Below, in pieces: positions 11,819-24,716 of a stretch of 64,000 nucleotides of DNA. Positions within the stretch are counted from its first letter, which is position 1. Each line of letters opens with the position of its first letter. The position numbers and the translations under genes are program-made. Source of the DNA: Octopus bimaculoides (lineage: Eukaryota); contig NC_069002.1 of the NCBI RefSeq assembly GCF_001194135.2, forward strand, positions 31,672,326-31,736,325, written 5' to 3'. The notes under the pieces are model-generated. The model was not told the origin of the DNA. It did no database searches and worked only from the letters and a program-made list of their open reading frames with translations.

Positions 11819-12439
11819 GTAAGGCCAGGTTCCATTATCTTTTTTGACATGGCTTTTGCAGAGGGATGCCATTCCTAATGCCAACCACTTTATAGAGTGT
11901 ACTGGGTACTTTTTATGTGGCACCAGCACCAGTGCTTTTTATGTGGTGCCAGCACTGATGGTCACCAAGTACACATACACACACACACATACACACACAT
12001 GTCTATGTGTGTGTGTGTGTATCTCCATTTCAAAATGCTGACTAAGATTTAATCTACGATGTCTCCCTAACTGACTGATCCATACCACATTCTCTGACAA
12101 TTCTATCTCTATACCGCAGTCTTGTAAGTGTTTGGCAGACATGTGAAGAATACAAGGACTTCATTCTCCAAGACTCTGAAGACTTCTCTGTCAGGGCTTG
12201 GTTCTGTTAAATTAGTAACCATTCCTAGAAATAAACCTCAAAAAGGTTTATACAAAGTCTTTGCTCAAAATGAAACTAAATACTGGCTGTTTAGGCACAA
12301 GACCACCTCTGATCAAAGCATTCCAACAATGGCCATCCTATATTATTTATAGACAATATAGGCAAGTGTCTTCTACTATAAGCCCTTGGACAACCAACGC
12401 GCTGTCAGTGAATTTGGTAAATGGAAACTGTGTGGAAGC

Positions 12440-12656
12440 GGCGGCGAGCTGGCAGAAACGTTAGGACGCTGGGCGAAATGCTTAGCAGTATTTCATCTGC
12501 CGTTAGGTTCTGAGTTCAAATTCCGCCGAGTTTGACTTTGCCTTTCATCCTTTCGGGGTCGATAAATTAAGTACCAGTTACACACTGGGGTCGATATAAT
12601 CGACTTAATCCCTTTGTCCCCTCTATGTTTAGCCCCTTGTGGGCAATAAAGAAATA
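12440..12656 (+). mobile_element. tRNA-derived SINE family B, full length with TSD, inserted into a family A-like SINE
   Basis: Head ggcggcgagctggcagaaacgttag (A-box-like) and gagttcaaattcc (B box). Flanked by ggaaactgtgtggaagc (12423-39) and ggaaactatgtggaagc (12657-73), 16/17 identical. Confidence 0.88.
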
Positions 12657-13563
12657 GGAAACTATGTGGAAGCCTATGGCACATGTGTGTGTGTGTGTGT
12701 GTATATCTTTGTATCCTACCCACTGCTTGTCTACTTCTGTTGATTTGTTTACATCTCAGTAACTTAGCAGTTTGCAAGAGAGACTGATAGAATATGTACC
12801 AGACTTCAAAAAAAACAAAAAGAAGCATAAGTAGTGGGGTCAATTAGTGCGACTGAAAGCCTTCAAAGCTGTGCTCCAGCTTGGCCACAGTCCAACAAGT
12901 AAGACAAGTAAGAGATAAAACGTGCATCCATCTAGTGCGAGGAAAATTTTGCTACTATTTCTAGCAGGTCGATTAACCACATGTGGGTCTTCCACAATGT
13001 AAATACAAGCAACAACACGAAGAGTACATAGTTTAAAGAGTACGCAGAAGAGTACTACAACAAACAGACGGGAGGAGGAGGAGGCTGGTATGGGCAGAGA
13101 AACATTAACATGATGACAGAAAGAGGAATATGAAAACGTAAGTGGTTCTGGTGGCGCCAGAAATGGTAGATTCGGAAGACAGGCAGGGCAAGTAGCAAGA
13201 GAAACAACAACATTACTTCAACATTACTCATCTATACCCTACCAAACACAGATAACCAGCTCGGTTCCACCCCAACTGCCAACACCACCACCACCGACAG
13301 TGCAGCTGCCATCAACCACCACCACCACCATCATCACTATCAACACCACACTCATACCACAGCAGTTGCCACCACCTACACACACACACACACACACGCT
13401 CACACACATACACACACAAGTACCATTGTTTATAACAGCTCCATTCTGAATTTCCTTAGGATTTTTAAAGAAAGCAGGTGCACTGGATTGGATTATAGCT
13501 GGAGTATAAGATACACACACACACACACTTGTATATACACATATATAAATTTAAATATGTATT

Positions 13564-13594
<31 letters not shown>

Positions 13595-13797
13595 ATAGAT
13601 ATATACATACATATTCACAAATAGTTACGCATATATATGTGTGTATGTGTATATATATATATATATATATATAAATCTACACACATTTTTGTATACATAT
13701 ATAAATTTAAATATGTATTTGTATATATGTGTGTGTGTGTGTGTGTATAGATATATACATACGTATACACACATGTTCATAAATAGTTCCACATATA

Positions 13798-13836
<39 letters not shown>

Positions 13837-14178
13837 CCACACACACACACACACACACAAATCTCTGCCTTTGAGTCACTTTCGAAACTTTTGCCGATTG
13901 TGTGTATGTGTCTGTGTATATGTGTATACACACACACACACGTATATATGCTAAATACATCAGCATTCACATGGGCTGAACAGGCTGCAGCCCAACCAGT
14001 GAGTCTGCAGAAGTCGACCACATTCTCAAACACATACACACACACCTCCACATTTTCTGCTCATGGAGATATAGAATCCTGTGTTATAACCACTGCGTAT
14101 ACTTTTCATAACACTGCTAAACCTCTTATGTTTATCAAGAAAAAAAACATGGCTTTACATTACTAATTACACACACAC

Positions 14179-14212
<34 letters not shown>

Positions 14213-14483
14213 AACACACGTACACATACATATATTGTTGATATTATGCAAAAGTGTCGTAAGTCCAAAACATCGGGGTTTTTTCTTCAGAAAATGATAA
14301 AGTAGTTTCACCATTCCATAGCAAAACCCTTGTACTACACTTTGACAATTTTTGGTATCTTGGCATCTGAAGATATGATAGTCTGACCAAAAGAACCAGA
14401 GATTGCAAGCAAAAATGAAAATTGAATAAAACGCATTTGGCCAAATTTGGACATACGACAGTTTAACATAAGAACAACGATAC

Positions 14484-14521
<38 letters not shown>

Positions 14522-14564
14522 GATAGATAGATAGACATATACACTCATATATGTGCAAATATAT

Positions 14565-14930
14565 ATAAGAAGTTTGCTTCCCAACTACATGGTTCCAGGT
14601 TCAATCCTACTGTGTGGAACCTTCTGCAAGTGTCTTTTACTGTAACTTGAGGCTGACCAAAGCCTAGGGAGAAGATTCGGTAAATGGAAATTGGAAAAAA
14701 GCTTATTGTGTATATATGTGTGTGTGAGTGTGTTATTATATTTGTCCCTCACAAACCCTTGACAAAATGGTGTTGGTTTGTATACGTCTCTGTAATCTAG
14801 CAGTTCAGCAATAGAGACCAATAAAATCAGTGCTTAAAAATAAGTATTTGCATTGATTTGCTCAAGTAAACCCTTGAAGGTAATGCCCCAGTATGGCCAC
14901 AAGTCAATTACTTAAACAAGCAAAAGATTA
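14565..14930 (+). mobile_element. SINE family A, diverged
   Basis: Head (ggttccaggttcaatcc), body and tail are recognisable but substituted. Confidence 0.65.
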
Positions 14931-15894
14931 AAGACACACACATATATACATTAGGTATTTGTTTATATCCCCTGTAATTTAGATATTCAGCAAAATGAAT
15001 ACCTTCTGAAAAAATACTTGACTTAAAATAAACACTGGGTTTGATTTAATTGCATAAAACAATTCAAGGACAGAAACCAGCAAAAGTATGAGTGCTTGCA
15101 TGTTTGTGCATACAAATTCAGAAGTCCCTTCAGTATCTAAATTAGATATAAATTGTATGGTCTTCACTTTGTGATAGCTTTGGTTTTATATAGCCATCTG
15201 TATATCATAATGTAAATACAGAGTGAAAGGCAAATTTAGTGCAGCATTTGTCAAGAGATAACATCGCTTTTGGATGTATCGTGTCTAAAAACAATACATA
15301 TATATCAGAGGGAGAAGAAAATTAACCTAGTAGCAACTGGTGAGAATAGTAGATGCATTTCTGTGTAGTTGAGCTTCGTCAGTAGTATGCACTCACAACT
15401 TTTGATATGTGCGTGTGCATGTATGTCTGTGCATATGAGCATTTGTGTACACATATCTACGCGTGTGTGTGTGCATATCTGTGCATGTGGGTGAGTGCAA
15501 GTGTGCATGTGTGTGAATGTATGTGCATACCTCTGTATAAAAATAGTTGATATAAGTTTTGGTTGGTCGATCCCTCCAGTCACACTTTACATCATATAGA
15601 GAGAGGAGAAGGTAGATAGGGTACGAGAGAGAGAGAGAGACAGAGAGAGATAGAGAGACAAAAAGAGAGAGATAGAGAGACAAAAAGAGAGAGAGTTAAC
15701 AGGGTAATTATCTCATGACTTTCTGAAGAACACACATTTTTTTAAATGAAACTTTGCAGAGATAAGTTTCCGATGGTGTAGATTGCAATTACGCAGATAA
15801 AATTTAGAAAAATAATATCATATATTTATTGCAAATATGAAAAATGAGAAATTCATTTTATTTGATATTATTCTAAGGTAATATCTTTCCTTTA

Positions 15895-16064
15895 ATTTTT
15901 ACTTGTTTTAGTCACCAGACTGTGGCCATGCTGGGGCACCACCTTGAAGAATTTTTAGTCAAATGAATCCTGGTACTTATTCTAGCGATCTCTTTTGCTG
16001 AACTGCTAAGCTATGAGGGATGTAAACACACCGACACCGGTTGTCAAGTAGTGGTGGAGGACAA

Positions 16065-16095
<31 letters not shown>

Positions 16096-16205
16096 TATAC
16101 ATAGGAATAGCTTCTTTCAGCTTACGTTTACTAAATCCACTCAAGGATTTGGTTGGCCCAAGGATATAGTGAAAGACACTTGCCAAACATGCCATGCTGG
16201 GGCAC
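15895..16205 (-). mobile_element. SINE family A, diverged
   Basis: The reverse complement shows the family A body and tail around a (CA)n tract. Confidence 0.65.
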
Positions 16206-16420
16206 TGACACAAACAAATCAACCCCAGCACTTAATTTACAAGTCTATAAATTATACTATCATTTTCCTTTGCTAAAACGCTACGCTATAGGGATGCAAA
16301 CAAACTAACACAGGGTGTCAAGCAGAGGAGGGAGGAACACACACACACACACACACAGCAGGCTTCCACACCGTCTCCATCAATAAAATTCACTCACAGG
16401 ACATTGGTTGGCTTATTTTG

Positions 16421-16458
<38 letters not shown>

Positions 16459-17054
16459 CCAAAATCAAGGAATGTATGTATACATGTATCTATGTGTGGA
16501 TGTGCATGTGTGTATTTCCTTGTCTTGACATCTTGTCATAGTTGTAAATAAGTGTCACTGTCATACAAGAGGCACCATTCATTTTCACTTTTCCATGAAA
16601 AACATGCCTGGCTATAGAGAAACGTTACCTTGCTTGCAAACAGGTCAGGGTTGGTGACAGGAAAGGTATCCAGCCATAGAAAATCTGCTTCAATGAACTC
16701 AGTGCGACCCATGCTTGCATGGGAAAGTGGATATTAGAATGATGACAATGATATATTAAAACAGGCTTCATTCAGTTTCCATCAACCAAATTCACTCACA
16801 AGGCTTTGGTTGGCATGGGGTTTATAGCCAAAGATATTTGCCCAAGGTGCCATGCAATAGGTCTGAACTTCATATTTTGTTATCTTTTCAATCCCAGTGT
16901 TTACATAGACGTATTCACATACAAAATGTAACTATCAGGGCTGGCTCTAAATTCTATAGAAAATCTGCAGAGACAACATAAAAGTGATTATATTGCACTG
17001 CTAACACAAAGTGTAGGACACAAGACTGACTTATAAACCTTTATTGAGTAGTAT

Positions 17055-17614
17055 ACTATGGATGAGGTACTAAAGAATGACCTCAGAAAGCTGAACCTTT
17101 CAGGAAAAGGACCGAGGTACCTGGTGCCTGACTGTAATCAAGAAGACCTGTACCCTGCTGCAGAAATGTTAACATGGATCAAAACACTCATGGTGGTTTT
17201 ACACAAAAGCACCTGTGCAGTGCCATGCGAAAGCATCCATGTGGCATTACACAAAAGTACCTGTGCAGTGTCATGTGAAAGCACCCATGTGGCATTACAC
17301 AAAAGCACCTGTGCAGTGCCATGCGAAAGCACCCATGTGGCATTACACAAAAGTACCTGTGCAGTGTCATGCGAAAGCACCCATGTGGCATTACACAAAA
17401 GTACCTGTGCAGTGTCACATAAAGGCACCCTTTGTACACACTGTGAAGTGGTTGGCATGTTAGGAAGGACATCCAGTCGTAGAAACCATGCCAAATCAGA
17501 CTGGAGTCTGGTGCAGGTCCCCAGCTTGACAGCTCTGGTCACACCGTTCAACCCATGCCAGCATGGACAATGGACGTTAAATCATGATGATGTTGATGAT
17601 GATGATGATGATGA
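17055..17614 (+). mobile_element. 5'-truncated RTE-like copy: ORF C-terminal remnant, 48 bp tandem array and family C tail
   Basis: DEVLKNDLRKLNL, then (frameshifted) KDRGTWCLTVIKKT, resembling RTE ORF ends. ttacacaaaag recurs at 17199, 17247, 17295, 17343 and 17391. Ends in the family C tail with (GAT)n. Confidence 0.6.
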
Positions 17615-17823
17615 TTATGGTTGCTAAACAAAATACAGCGATTAACAGTATTTTGTGTTTAGGAAGCAAATACTTTAATCCCAAAGCCAGACCGGAACCA
17701 AATTCCTGTGGAATGTTATTGTCATGTGAAGGTCTACGAGGTTCTAACCTAGAGAACAGAAACATTCTTAAGACTTAAGGGATTGTCAGATGCCGAAGAT
17801 CAAGTGGAACGACTTTACACACT

Positions 17824-17869
<46 letters not shown>

Positions 17870-18263
17870 NNNNNNNNNNNNNNNNNNNNNNNNNNNNNNN
17901 NNNNNNNNNNNNNNNNNNNNNNNNNNNNNNNNNNNNNNNNNNNNNNNNNNNNNNNNNNNNNNNNNNNNNNNNNNNNNNNNNNNNNNNNNNNNNNNNNNNN
18001 NNNNNNNNNNNNNNNNNNNNNNNNNNNNNNNNNNNNNNNNNNNNNNNNNNNNNNNNNNNNNNNNNNNNNNNNNNNNNNNNNNNNNNNNNNNNNNNNNNNN
18101 NNNNNNNNNNNNNNNNNNNNNNNNNNNNNNNNNNNNNNNNNNNNNNNNNNNNNNNNNNNNNNNNNNNNNNNNNNNNNNNNNNNNNNNNNNNNNNNNNNNN
18201 NNNNNNNNNNNNNNNNNNNNNNNNNNNNNNNNNNNNNNNNNNNNNNNNNNNNNNNNNNNNNNN

Positions 18264-18377
18264 TAGCATGGGTTGGATGATTTGACTGAGGACTGGTGAA
18301 ACCAGATGGCTACACCAGGCTCCAATCTGATTTGGCAGAGTTTCTACAGCTGGATGCCCTTCCCTACAGCTGGATGC

Positions 18378-18408
<31 letters not shown>

Positions 18409-18579
18409 CGTATATACGACGGGCTTCTTTCAGTTTCCGTCTACCAAATCCACTCACAAGGCTTTGGTTGGCCCGAGGCTATAGTAGAAGACACTTGCCC
18501 AAGGTGCCACGCAGTAGGACTGAACCCGGAACCATGTGGTTCATAAGCAAGCTACTTACCACACAGCCACTCCTGCGCC
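18264..18579 (-). mobile_element. Family C fragment plus SINE family A head
   Basis: 18264-18380 is the reverse complement of the family C tail region. 18416-18579 is the reverse complement of the family A head, ending actcctgcgcc. Confidence 0.8.
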
Positions 18580-19437
18580 TGTAGGAATATTTTACTTCCC
18601 CATTAAAGACACTTCATACTCTATCTGCATCCAAACAGTCCACTGCGGTCATTGACTATCACCAGTCTGAGACTGATGACCTACAGAGGGCACAGGTATT
18701 GACCTCTGTAAGTCATCACTCTCAACCCACCACCCACCTTTACAGAAATAAGAAAAGAAGGATAAAACACACGGATTAATTAGAAGCAACAAATTCAAAA
18801 GAGATAATTTAGAGAAAATTTTAAAACTGCACACAGATTTACACACTTCTTTTGAAATTAAATGATTGAAAAAACATAAGAACATTCTTAAAACAATTGT
18901 ATGTGACAAATGTACAATCTGCTTCATTCCAGGCAGAGTGTGTCGAGCTTTATGTATTTAAAATCCATGCCAAAGCAGATCTGGTCGGCACTGGTGCCAC
19001 ATAAAATGCATCCAGTCAACTTTGTATAAGTGGTTGATATTAGGAAAGGAATCCAGTTGTAAAAAAAACCATGCCAAAATAGACAGTTGAGCTTGGCGCA
19101 GTCCTCTGGCTTACCAATCTGTAACTTAGCAGTTTGGCAAAAGAGACCGATAGAATAAGTACTAGGCTTACTAGATTACGGCAGATGACACACTTAGGGA
19201 TCAGTCTCACCAGCTGGTGAAGACTTAATCCGCCATCCTGCTGGCTGCTGTATAAAAAGTCATCAGTGACTCTCTGTCCTGTGTGTCTCCTCTTGTCCTG
19301 CCCATTCCATTTTGACCTTCTGTGTGACAATGAAAGAACTTTGACAAACAAACTCAAAAGAAATTATAATAATAATAAAACTAAAGTGAAGACCAAATAA
19401 ATAGTGTGCGTGTGTGTTTAATTTGAAAGATGACCAT

Positions 19438-19725
19438 CCCTGCCAGTGCCCCTGGACTGGCTCTTGTGCGGGTGGCACATAAAATACACCATTTTGAGCG
19501 TGGCCGTTGCCAGTACCGCCTGACTGGCCTTCGTGCCGGTGGCACGTAAAAGCACCCACTACACTCTCAGAGTGGTTGGCGTTAGGAAGAGCATCCAGCT
19601 GTAGAAACTCTGCCAAATCAGATTGGAGCTTGGTGTTGCCATCCGGTTTCACCAGTCGTCAGTCAAATCGTCCAACCCATGCTAGCATGGAAAGCGGACG
19701 TTAAACAATGATGATGATGATGATG
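19438..19725 (+). mobile_element. Family C retroposon 3' end
   Basis: Colinear with 11415-11818, with a (GAT)n tail. Confidence 0.85.
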
Positions 19726-20425
19726 TTCCATCACAAGATTTCACATCAAGTATCTTGCAAAGCAAGTAAACGTGTATAACATATACATCTTCTACAAAAA
19801 TTGAGTAATCCTTCACTTTAGTCTCTTGTCTTTCATTTACTCATTTTAGTCATTAGACTGCAGCCATTTTGGGGCACCGCCTCGAATGTTTAGTCGAATG
19901 AATTGACCCCAGTACTTATTCTATCAGTTCCTTTTGCCGGTCAAATTTTTTTATTGCAACTCAACATAAAAACAAACATCTACTCTCTCTCACCCTCTCT
20001 CTTACACACACACACTTGTGGACGGTGTTGGCTGTTGACATTTCCTGGTCAACAGTCTGGTATCTCTGCACTTTCAAAGATGTGTGGAATGAAAACTTCC
20101 TTGAAAAGCAGGAAAAGGTTAGGATCAGGAAGGGGCAATCAGCTGTAAGACAACGCCTCAATGTGATCCACCTGATACTTACCAGCATGGAAAAAAACAG
20201 ATATAAAATAAATGAAGAAATGAGTATAGAGTCTAGACTTACTGTGATTATGTCACTATATATATATTTGTTCCATTATAGGCAGGATCAACAAAAAAGA
20301 TATTCCAGCCACTTAGAGATAAATAACATTTAGTATATCGAAGGTTAGTTGAGTTAGAGGTTAAAATAACCATCTAAGGGATAAAAGTATCCAAAATACT
20401 AGCGGTATATTACCTATATTTAAAC

Positions 20426-20771
20426 ATGGGCAAAATTGTAATGCTCATAAATTATTGGTAAAGACAAGGATAAACAGGAGTTTATCAGGAATCAAAATTT
20501 AAAGAAAACAGAAAATGGAGATGACATTGATGGACAACAATTGATTTGCATCAATTATTATTTATTAATAATTTACAAAAAGACTGTATCCTATCTAACA
20601 GCTGTTTCTGCTGTCAATGTTCTTTGGAATTACTATTATGATGCTAAGAGAATATTTATCATAGTTGGTAATAAAACTGATTTGAATCACAGAGCTCCAT
20701 CAGAGTGAAAAATTAATAAATAAAATGAAGAGACAAGAAAAGAAGAAGGAAAGGTTTTCTTTAACATTTAA
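20426..20771 (+). pseudogene. Possible degenerate Ras/Rab-like small GTPase sequence
   Basis: The frame 20451-20708 contains IDGQQLICI, YLLIIY and IFIIVGNKTDL (G4 NKxD-like). After in-frame stops it reads RKEEGKVF. Upstream MGKIVML is in another frame. The P-loop and DxxG motifs are not recognisable. Confidence 0.3.
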
Positions 20772-21136
20772 TATACAAAATGACAAAAGAGCTACTAATA
20801 ATTTGATGCTTCAAGATACATTAAATTGGCAAATTTATATGTTATGTGTATCCCCAAGCAATCTTTCAGGCTGAGTGCCCTGGTTTTTAAATACATCTAA
20901 CATTATGAACTGAACCTGAAAGATTGCTTGGAGAATCATGGCATGTTACATAAATCTGCTAATTTAATGTACTGTAAAGCATGAAACTATTAGCAGGTCT
21001 TTTGTAATTGTGTATATTAAATGATATATACATCATATCATTCAATGTCTGCTTTCCATACTGGCATGGGTTGGATGGTTTGACTGGAGCTGACTAGGCA
21101 AAAAGACTACACCAGGCTTCAGTGTCTGTTTGGCGG

Positions 21137-22085
21137 TGTCTTATTCTGTCAAATATAATGCTAATTTATTCATATTGTTTTGAATTAATCATGCATTATC
21201 TTATGGCTTCAAGATTTCAACGACATAATTGTTTATTCTTATGATGACATTGTAGGATAGGTGTGAGAGGCTGGATACGGCCAGTGTGACCATAAAACAG
21301 AGAGAATATCTCAGCTGGCAATGGGTTAACCCTTTAACATTCAGATTACTCTGTCAAATGTAATGCTAATTTATTCACACTGTTTTCAATTAATCCTGCA
21401 TTATCATGTAGCTTTGGGATCATCATGTAGCTTTGATGATTGGAATTGTTTAGTCTTGAATGACAGTGAAGGGCAGATGCTATCTGGCTGGTTTGAACAT
21501 AAAACAGAATATTTAGCCTTTGATATGGCTGTCTTAACCCTTTAGCATTCAGAATTACTCTGTCAAATGTGATGCTTAAATAATTCATATTGTTTTGAAT
21601 TAATCATGCATTGTCTTGTTTCGATGACATCTTTTATCTTTTACTTGTTTCAGTCATTGGACAGCAGCCATGCTGGGACACAGCCTTGAAGAATTTTGAC
21701 CCCCAGCACTTATTTTCTTTTAAAACCTGACACTTATTCTGACAATCTCTTTTGCTGACCTGCTAAATTACAGGGACGTAAACACACCAATAGTGGGGCA
21801 GAGCTGGGGATAAACAGAATCACACATACTATGGGCTTCTTTCAGTTTCCTTTTACCGAATCCACTCACAAGGCTTCGGTCAGCATGAGGCTATAGCAGG
21901 TGCCACACAGTGGGACTGAACTCCGAGTCATTTGGTTGGGAAGCAAGCTTCTTACCACACAGCCACACCTATGCCTACGTGACTTGTTTATTTTCAGAAT
22001 GACATTGTAGGGTAGGTGTAAAAGGCTGAATCTGGCCAGTATGAATGTAAAACATGTAGATATGGTCAGCTTAAATGCTAAAAGG
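21137..22085 (+). mobile_element. Head-to-tail chain of three related TTAA-flanked (piggyBac-like) MITEs, the third interrupted by SINE A
   Basis: Junctions gggTTAAccc (TTAA 21326-29) and TTAAccc (21534-37). The final end is aatgctaaaaggTTAA (TTAA 22086-89). The copies share the body attactctgtcaaatg...ttgaattaatcatgcatt. Confidence 0.7.
21638..21975 (-). mobile_element. SINE family A nested in the MITE
   Basis: Complete family A order on the minus strand. The MITE body resumes after 21975. Confidence 0.8.
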
Positions 22086-23109
22086 TTAAAGACATTCCAC
22101 CAATGACCATCTGGTTATTTAGGAGTATGAAGGATTATCCAGTGTGTACTTTTGTAAGATGGTAGATGTAATTTCAGACAAATTTGGCTGTTATTTCTAG
22201 CAGTCTGACTAACCATGTTTTGAATTAATCATGCATTATCTTATGGCTTCAAGATTTCAACGACATAATTGTTTATTCTTATGAGGACATTGTAGGATAG
22301 GTGTGAGAGGCTGGATACTACTACTAGTAGTAGTAGTATGTGGTGGTGGTTGTAGTAGTATTGTGGTAGTGGTGGTAGTGGAGGTCATAGCATGTACTGG
22401 TGGTGGTAGTCGTGATAGTGGTATATGGTGTTGTAGTAGTAGTAGTATTTAGTGGTGGTGGTCACTATCATAATAATAGTAGTATTAGTATGCAGTGGTT
22501 GAAGTAGAATAGTGATGGTGGAGGTGGTTGCAGGGATAGTATTGTGATGATAGTAGTAGTAGTAGTAGTAGTAGTAGCAACAATAATAATAATCGCAGTA
22601 GTAGTAGCAACAATAATAATAATAGCAGTAGTAGTAGTCTGCAGTGAATGAAGTAGACAAACATTATTATGATGAAAGCTAATGATGGCTTCGCGTGTGG
22701 TTAATGAATTACCAATTAGCAAGATGGGCGGGGCGGGGCGGGTGGAGCTAGGGTGATCTGAACACTGAACAACCAGGCAGCTAGCTGGGATTGAACCTGA
22801 CTCCACAGCTACACACCTATCCAACCATCCACTAAATATAACTAGTTTCATATTCTAAGACTAGTCACTCCATAGTATAGTCAGCTGGTGTGGTGGGGGT
22901 GATAGTAGCAACAGTACTAATGATAGTAGTGGTGGTGGTGGTGGTGGTGGTGGTTTTATATATAAATCTAATGACAGGTGAGACCAGAAAATAAATTTTG
23001 GCTTCGCGCGCGTATGTCAGGAAGTGTGTGTGTGTATGCACGCACGTGAACATGTAGCATATGAATGTAGCAGTGTATGTGTGTGTTGGTATGTTAAATT
23101 GAGTGTGTA

Positions 23110-23140
<31 letters not shown>

Positions 23141-23569
23141 AAGTGTATGTGCGCGAGTGTGTTACAGTGTGCGTATGTGTGTGTGTTAGCAAGTGAGGGT
23201 GAGAGAGGAGAAAGCGTGTGTGTGTGTGCTTGGTATATTGAATTGTGAGTGAGAGTGCAGCTGAGCGAACGAGCGAGTGAGTGAGNNNNNNNNNNNNNNN
23301 NNNNNNNNNNNNNNNNNNNNNNNNNNNNNNNNNNNNNNNNNNNNNNNNNNNNNNNNNNNNNNNNNNNNNNNNNNNNNNNNNNNNNNNNNNNNNNNNNNNN
23401 NNNNNNNNNNNNNNNNNNNNNNNNNNNNTGTATGTAATTTTGGCAGCAATGATATTTAGAGGCCAAACAAGGTAGGTATTCTTGCTGTGTATCAGCAAAG
23501 CCCCATCCTTCCACTTTCCCTCATAAACCACCAACACAACACAACCCCGACAACATCGCCCAGCCCGCA

Positions 23570-23607
<38 letters not shown>

Positions 23608-23772
23608 CCCTCCCACTCGTTGTGGGTTCCGTTCGAACCCTTCACCCATCATCAGCTCACATATGGCTACAAAGAGCTGAAACCACACTGAGGTTAAGCT
23701 ATCACGATTGCTCATTAAAATAATACTATTTATACGGTTGATGCTACCGAACACACAGATGCACTAGAACTC

Positions 23773-23807
<35 letters not shown>

Positions 23808-24685
23808 AAGAGAGAGTGCGCGTGTGTGTGTGTGTGTGATCTTGTGGAATAACGGATATCCTACATAATTAGCAATGTTAATCAATTTATATATATATAT
23901 ATAGGTATGTTGGTGCAAACTGGGAAAACAGAATTCAAAATATGAGTGTATGTATGTATGTTTTTATTAATATTCAGCAATTGCAACAGAGTGACTCAAG
24001 GTCCGAGAACGCACGAAACTCCCAGACTCTGAGTCACTCTGCGGCTTCTGCTAAGTATATATGTATGTATATATAACGCATGTATGTGTGTGAGCGTGTG
24101 TATTTGTCTCACCACCTTATAGCAACCGGTGCTGGTTTGTTGGCGTCTCGTAACATTAGCAGTTCGGCAAAAGGTTTCGACGGAATAAATGTCAAATTTT
24201 TTTGGGGAAAAAAAAGTACTGGAATTGATTTAATCGACTATGTCCTTCAAAGCGGTACCCCAGCATGGCCGCGGTCGAACTACTGAAACCAATACAAGTG
24301 TATATAGATAGACAGACAGCATTTGTGTACTTATATACGTGTTACTCTTCAGCCCCTGGTCGGTCCAACTGAGCAGATTTACAAGCAGAAATAATCCAGT
24401 TGTGACTGTCCCCTTCTACTTTCAGCCTCTCTGACGAGTCCTTCCCTTAATTCAAACGGCAGCGGGATGTAGCTGCTCTTTCTAGTGTATCGAGCGATCA
24501 CGTAGGGTCACCCTTGGCACCGTGCGCGTTTGTTGGTACATGCAATACACACATTCCCGTACAATTGTGTGTGTGTGAGAGAGAGAGAGTGAGAGAGAGA
24601 CACACACACAGAGAGTGAGACACACACACAGAGAGTGTGTGTGTGTGTGAGAGAGAGACACACACACAGAGAGTGAGACACACAC

Positions 24686-24716
<31 letters not shown>

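Noticed and set aside
17058-17627. 189 aa ORF with 16 aa repeats as a real gene
   Set aside because: It is explained by a 48 bp DNA array inside a retroposon 3' end. Only its first residues resemble an RTE ORF remnant.
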